From positions 1-44,396 of the forward strand of contig CALBKQ010000082.1 in assembly GCA_937895645.1 (NCBI GenBank): DNA of 44,396 bases, in the 5' to 3' direction. The stretch is from an uncultured Clostridia bacterium. GTDB lineage: Bacteria; Bacillota; Clostridia; Oscillospirales; Acutalibacteraceae. Of this stretch, positions 40,345-44,396 are shown in pieces. The position numbers and the translations under genes are program-made. Under the pieces are notes generated by a model. The model was given only the letters and a program-made list of their open reading frames with translations, did no database searches and was not told the DNA's origin. The stretch's first letter is position 1, and each line of letters begins with the position of its first letter.

Positions 40345-42260
40345 TGGCAGGACCAATGGGCACACCAGGTAACCGTGGCAGAGGCAGACCGGCACCACCA
40401 AAACCAAAGAATACAAAAGGCACAATCCGAAGATTATTAAAGTATATCTTAATGCAAAAAGGACTTTTTATAGGTATGCTTTTCTTTGCGGCTATCAGTT
40501 CACTTGCATCTGTTTCAGGCGCACTTTTTATTGAGCCTATAATTGACGATTATCTTACCCCTCTTATAGGACGAAACTTTGAGGGAGAACTTGTTACTGG
40601 CCTTTTTAAGATGATGGGCATTATGGCAGCAGTCTTTTTAAGTGGTGTTGTGGCTTCTTACGGGCAATCAAAATGTTCAGTATGGCTTACTCAAAAAACA
40701 CTTAACAAAATCCGTAAAGACTTGTTTGACTCACTTTCAGATTTACCAATCAGTTATTTTGATTCCCGTGCAAACGGTGAAATTATGAGCCGTTTTACAA
40801 ACGATGTTGAAACATTGAGAATGTTCATAAGTCAAGGCGTTACACAGTTTATCTCATCAGGTATTATGATTTTCGGTTCGTTGATTATTATGATATTTTT
40901 GAGTTGGCAAATGACTTTAGTTGTTCTCTTGATGGTAGTTGTAATGACAATCGTTACTAAAGTTATTGGTAAACGAAGTGCTTTTTTCTTCAAAAGACAG
41001 CAAGAAGATTTGGGTAAAGTAAACGGTTATATTGAGGAGATTATTGAAGGTCAGAAAGTTGTTAAAGTCTTTAATCACGAGGAAGAGGTTTCTGCCCACT
41101 TCGACGAGATAAACGAGAAACTCCGTAAGGTATCAACAAGTGCAAACTCTTTTGCAAATATGTTAGGTCCAATTATGAACAACTTGTCTCATGTGGCTTA
41201 TGCACTTTCTGCGGCACTTGGCGGTGTTTTAGCAATCAAGAGTATTATTTCTCCTGGTGAAATTGTTGCTTTCTTGCAGTATATAAGAAGTTTCACTCAA
41301 CCAATTTCAAATATTACTCAACAATTCAACAATGCGTTTATGGCACTTGCTGGTGCAGAAAGAATTTTTGATGTTATTGACCAAAAGGCAGAAATCGACG
41401 AGGGTTATGTAATGCTTGTCAATGCAAAAATCAACGACAAGGGTGAAATTGAGGAAACCCAGAAGCACACAGGCATCTGGGCTTGGAAACATACTCATGG
41501 TGACGGCACAATCACTTATACCCGTCTTGCAGGTGACATTGTTTTTGAAGATGTTACATTCGGTTATACTGATGAAAAAACTGTTCTTCACGATGTTTCA
41601 CTTTACGCAAAACCAGGTCAGAAAATCGCGTTTGTTGGTTCAACAGGTGCGGGTAAAACAACAATTACAAATCTTATTAACCGTTTCTATGAAATCCAAG
41701 AAGGTAAAATCCGTTATGACGGTATAAATATTCAGAAAATCAAGAAAGATGATTTACGCCGTTCACTTGGCATTGTTCTTCAGGATACACATCTCTTTAC
41801 AGGCACTATTGAAGATAATATTCGTTACGGTAATCTTGATGCTACCCACGAAGATATTGTAAAAGCTGCAAAAATTGCAAATGCACACTCATTTATTGAA
41901 AACTTACCTGACGGTTACAATACAATACTTACAGGTGATGGTGCAAACCTCAGCCAAGGCCAACGTCAGTTGCTTTCAATCGCTCGTGCTGCAGTTGCAG
42001 ACCCACCGGTGCTTATTCTTGACGAGGCAACAAGTTCAATCGACACAAGAACTGAAAAGCAGATAGAAAAGGGTATGGATGCTCTTATGGAGGGCAGAAC
42101 AGTATTTGTTATTGCCCATAGACTGTCAACTGTACGAAATGCGAATGCTATTATGGTACTTGAAAACGGACGCATTATTGAGCGTGGCGACCATGACGAC
42201 TTGATTTCACAAAAGGGTAAGTATTATCAACTTTATACCGGTAGTTTTGAAGAACTTTGA
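40344..42260 (+). CDS. ABC transporter, fused permease/ATPase (heterodimeric exporter subunit 2)
   Basis: TGATG stop/start overlap. A Gly/Pro/Arg-rich N-terminal tail is followed by a TM domain, Walker A GSTGAGKTT, signature LSQGQRQL and Walker B LILDEATS. Confidence 0.92.
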   Translation: MAGPMGTPGNRGRGRPAPPKPKNTKGTIRRLLKYILMQKGLFIGMLFFAAISSLASVSGALFIEPIIDDYLTPLIGRNFEGELVTGLFKMMGIMAAVFLSGVVASYGQSKCSVWLTQKTLNKIRKDLFDSLSDLPISYFDSRANGEIMSRFTNDVETLRMFISQGVTQFISSGIMIFGSLIIMIFLSWQMTLVVLLMVVVMTIVTKVIGKRSAFFFKRQQEDLGKVNGYIEEIIEGQKVVKVFNHEEEVSAHFDEINEKLRKVSTSANSFANMLGPIMNNLSHVAYALSAALGGVLAIKSIISPGEIVAFLQYIRSFTQPISNITQQFNNAFMALAGAERIFDVIDQKAEIDEGYVMLVNAKINDKGEIEETQKHTGIWAWKHTHGDGTITYTRLAGDIVFEDVTFGYTDEKTVLHDVSLYAKPGQKIAFVGSTGAGKTTITNLINRFYEIQEGKIRYDGINIQKIKKDDLRRSLGIVLQDTHLFTGTIEDNIRYGNLDATHEDIVKAAKIANAHSFIENLPDGYNTILTGDGANLSQGQRQLLSIARAAVADPPVLILDEATSSIDTRTEKQIEKGMDALMEGRTVFVIAHRLSTVRNANAIMVLENGRIIERGDHDDLISQKGKYYQLYTGSFEEL

Positions 42261-42310
42261 TTTTTTGTCTTTATATAATAATTATATATTTTATTTATAT
42301 ATTATTTATA

Positions 42311-42376
42311 GGTCACAAAAAATGAGATACTCGGTCACAAAAAATGAGATACTCGGTCACAAAAAATGAGATACTC
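42311..42376. repeat. Three exact tandem copies of a 22-bp unit, GGTCACAAAAAATGAGATACTC, plus a degenerate fourth copy to about 42393
   Basis: The units start at 42311, 42333 and 42355. They are preceded by a 50-nt tract (42261-42310) that is 48/50 A/T. Confidence 0.9.
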
Positions 42377-42404
42377 GGTTGCAAAATATCAAGTGGTTAA
42401 GTCA

Positions 42405-42446
42405 ACAAAAAAGGAACTCCCAATTTGGAAGTTCCTTAATTTTTTG
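42405..42446. terminator. Bidirectional terminator between the ABC operon and the convergent aldolase-like gene
   Basis: AAGGAACT..AGTTCCTT stem with an A-run upstream and a T-run downstream. Confidence 0.7.
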
Positions 42447-42455
42447 TATTAAGTT

Positions 42456-43685
42456 TTATTTACCAGCCTGTTTTGAATACTTGAGTTTGTAAACAAGACG
42501 CATAATTCTTGTTTCAAGTGGGTTGATTGGTTCAACTTTTTCAAACATCTGTGCACTAATCTGAATCTTAGCACCTTTGTTTGTAATAAACTCAATAGCA
42601 CCTGCGTCGTATTCGCTACCTGCTACGCAAAGAGCACCATTATTCTCAAGAAGAACTGCATTTCTGCCCTTAAGTTTCTTAACAACTTTTTTTGAGGTTG
42701 CAAGTGAGTTGTTAGGGTCATACTTTGCGCTCTTAACAGTAACACCAACAATCTGAGCAAAGTCATCAATAAGTGGACGCATTGTTTTGCCCATTTTTGA
42801 ACATGCAACTGTGTAAGGGTCTTTTGAATGAGAAATAAAGTTAACGTCAGCACGTTTCTTGTAAACTGCACGGTGAAGTTCAATTGATTCGTTTGAAGCG
42901 TCACCAGCAATAACGTTACCTGTTTCAATGTCAATTCTTGTGATTGCACCGTCGCCATCAATAACTGAAATATTGAAAACTGAACCGTCACGTTCACTCT
43001 TACAAGCAGGGAATTCAGGAGCAGTTGATGGTTTCTTTGTGAACTTTTCAACTACATAATCGTTGATTGCTGTAAGATTATCAGCAACCTTACCTGTAAG
43101 TGAAGTGTATTTGTCCATAACATACTGTTCGCAAATATCTTCAACTTTCTGTGCAACATTGAATGCGTCGTCATAGTCAACACCCATACATACTGCACCG
43201 TGGTGAGCCATAACTGCTGCTTTTGCATCAGAACGAGTGATTGCGTCAATAACGCCTTTGCGAAGTTTCTTTGTTCCAGGAAGACCATAAGATGCAATAG
43301 GAAGATTAGTACCAACAACCTGTGCGTTTTCGCCATCAACGTTGTTAATGTCCATACCAAGTGCAGAAACGATTGAAGCGTTTACCTGATGAGTATGTAT
43401 AACAAAATTTACTTCAGGACGAAGTTTGTAACAAGCTGCGTGAATACCTTTTTCGCTTGATGGCTTGATTTCACCTTCATATTCAAGGTCTTCAATATTT
43501 ACAAGCACGATTTCTTCAGGAGTCAAAGTGTCATAAGCACGACCACTTGGTGTGATTACAAACTGAGTTTCACTGATTCTGCAAGAAATGTTACCCCAAG
43601 TACGAGCAATAAGCCCAGCAGCAATAAGTTCATGACCTGCTCTGATAACAGTTTCTTTTGCCTGCATAATATCCATAGTTTTCAC
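42456..43685 (-). CDS. Class II aldolase/adducin-family protein with a duplicated (two-domain) architecture
   Basis: The N-terminal domain has ...ARTWGNISCR..FVITPSG......FVIHTHQ..(HxH)...AAVMAHHGAVCMG. A second aldolase-like half has NFISHSKD and AVLLENNGALCVAG. AGAGGTG RBS. Confidence 0.8.
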   Translation of the reverse strand: MKTMDIMQAKETVIRAGHELIAAGLIARTWGNISCRISETQFVITPSGRAYDTLTPEEIVLVNIEDLEYEGEIKPSSEKGIHAACYKLRPEVNFVIHTHQVNASIVSALGMDINNVDGENAQVVGTNLPIASYGLPGTKKLRKGVIDAITRSDAKAAVMAHHGAVCMGVDYDDAFNVAQKVEDICEQYVMDKYTSLTGKVADNLTAINDYVVEKFTKKPSTAPEFPACKSERDGSVFNISVIDGDGAITRIDIETGNVIAGDASNESIELHRAVYKKRADVNFISHSKDPYTVACSKMGKTMRPLIDDFAQIVGVTVKSAKYDPNNSLATSKKVVKKLKGRNAVLLENNGALCVAGSEYDAGAIEFITNKGAKIQISAQMFEKVEPINPLETRIMRLVYKLKYSKQAGK

Positions 43686-43704
43686 CTCTTATTTAGTGAT
43701 TAAA

Positions 43705-43726
43705 GGCGGACGAAAATCCGTCCGCC
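43705..43726 (-). promoter_or_regulatory. GC-rich stem-loop between the aminotransferase and aldolase-like genes (weak terminator or processing site)
   Basis: GGCGGACG-aaaatc-CGTCCGCC. On the minus strand it is followed only by a short T-run. Confidence 0.4.
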
Positions 43727-43742
43727 CCGAATAAGTCAAGAT

Positions 43743-44396
43743 TTATTTTGCAGATGGCTTAACAGCAACGTTTGCAAAAACTTTGTCAAAGCACTGAAGT
43801 GCCTGGTCAATCATCTTAGGTGTGTATGCAGCTGATGTGTAGAGACGGCTACCAGCAAGAGTAACAAGTCCTTCTGCCATGTAAGCAGCGCCCATGTACT
43901 GCATTTCTTTCTTTCTTTCGCTTGTAGCTGAAAGAACACCAGGGATTTTCCAAGGTTTGCACCAGTCGATTGAATAGTGCATTGTACCAACTGTTTCAAG
44001 GTGGCAAACTGAACCTTCGTTCCAGCATACGAATGGAAGACCATGTTTAGCAACGAGTTCCTGAAGACCTGTTGTAAGTCTGTCACCCATTTCGCCAGCT
44101 TTCTGACATGCGTTCTGTTTGTCGATTTCTTCAAGAGTGAAGTAACCTGCACAGCAAGAAAGTGGGTTAGCAGTCATTGTACCGCCTGTAAATGCTTTCT
44201 TAACTTTCATACCTGAATCGTCAAGACCAGCACCAAGGTGTTTCATATACTGTTTCTTACCGCCGACACCGCCTGCACCTGGGTAACCACCAGCAATAAC
44301 TTTACCGAAGATTGTAAGGTCAGGAGATACGCCGAAGAAGCCCTGAGCACCTGCCATACCGATACGGAAACCTGTAACAACTTCATCAAATACAAG
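43743..44396 (-). CDS. Class-III (PLP) aminotransferase, glutamate-1-semialdehyde aminomutase-like, C-terminal part (partial)
   Basis: The minus-strand frame stays open to the window end: LVFDEVVTGFRIGMAGAQGFFGVSPDLTIFGKVIAGGYPGAGGVGGKKQYM, which holds the FDEV.TGFR and GK(PLP-Lys)..GGG motifs. Confidence 0.85.
   Translation of the reverse strand, partial: LVFDEVVTGFRIGMAGAQGFFGVSPDLTIFGKVIAGGYPGAGGVGGKKQYMKHLGAGLDDSGMKVKKAFTGGTMTANPLSCCAGYFTLEEIDKQNACQKAGEMGDRLTTGLQELVAKHGLPFVCWNEGSVCHLETVGTMHYSIDWCKPWKIPGVLSATSERKKEMQYMGAAYMAEGLVTLAGSRLYTSAAYTPKMIDQALQCFDKVFANVAVKPSAK

Noticed and set aside
42311-42376. Possible CRISPR array
   Set aside because: The repeats are contiguous with no spacers, there are only three full copies, the unit is 22 bp, and no cas genes or leader are present. 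It is a plain tandem repeat.

Overview
AT-rich, low-GC Firmicutes/Clostridia-type chromosomal window, inferred from SigA-like TTGACA-17-TATAAT promoters, GGAGG ribosome-binding sites and poly-Thr linkers. The left end carries a partial EF-G-like GTPase (minus strand), murD, a Nudix hydrolase and maf. These are followed by two tandem membrane-anchored surface-protein genes that share a 790-bp perfectly identical block. The centre (about 5.67-27.43 kb) is one contiguous type IV pilus (T4P) locus. Its gene order is: PilP/GspC-like protein, a LysM protein built from secretin-N-type domains but lacking a secretin pore domain, pilT, pilC, pilM, pilN-like, pilO-like, pilB, a GspK/PilX-like protein without Glu5, a 1317-aa pilin-like giant, a 426-aa minor pilin, three separately promoted pilA paralogs, a YfhO-family GT-C membrane protein and pilD. 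To the right lie a PadR-DUF1700-PspC envelope module, a DUF2804-like protein and an MFS transporter. Next comes a compact 6-kb phage head/packaging module on the minus strand (terS, terL, portal, protease/scaffold, capsid, connector proteins) with no tail, lysis, integrase or replication genes. The window ends with a MarR regulator plus a heterodimeric ABC exporter, an AT-rich tract with three exact 22-bp tandem repeats, a two-domain class II aldolase-like protein and a partial class-III aminotransferase. The most interesting candidates are the secretin-less LysM/N0-N1 protein paired with a PilP/GspC-like partner, the tip-pilin set and YfhO inside the pilus locus, an 18-bp dyad shared by two promoters, the tail-less capsid module and the iteron-like repeats. 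All functional calls rest on reading motifs in the translations; no database search was run.
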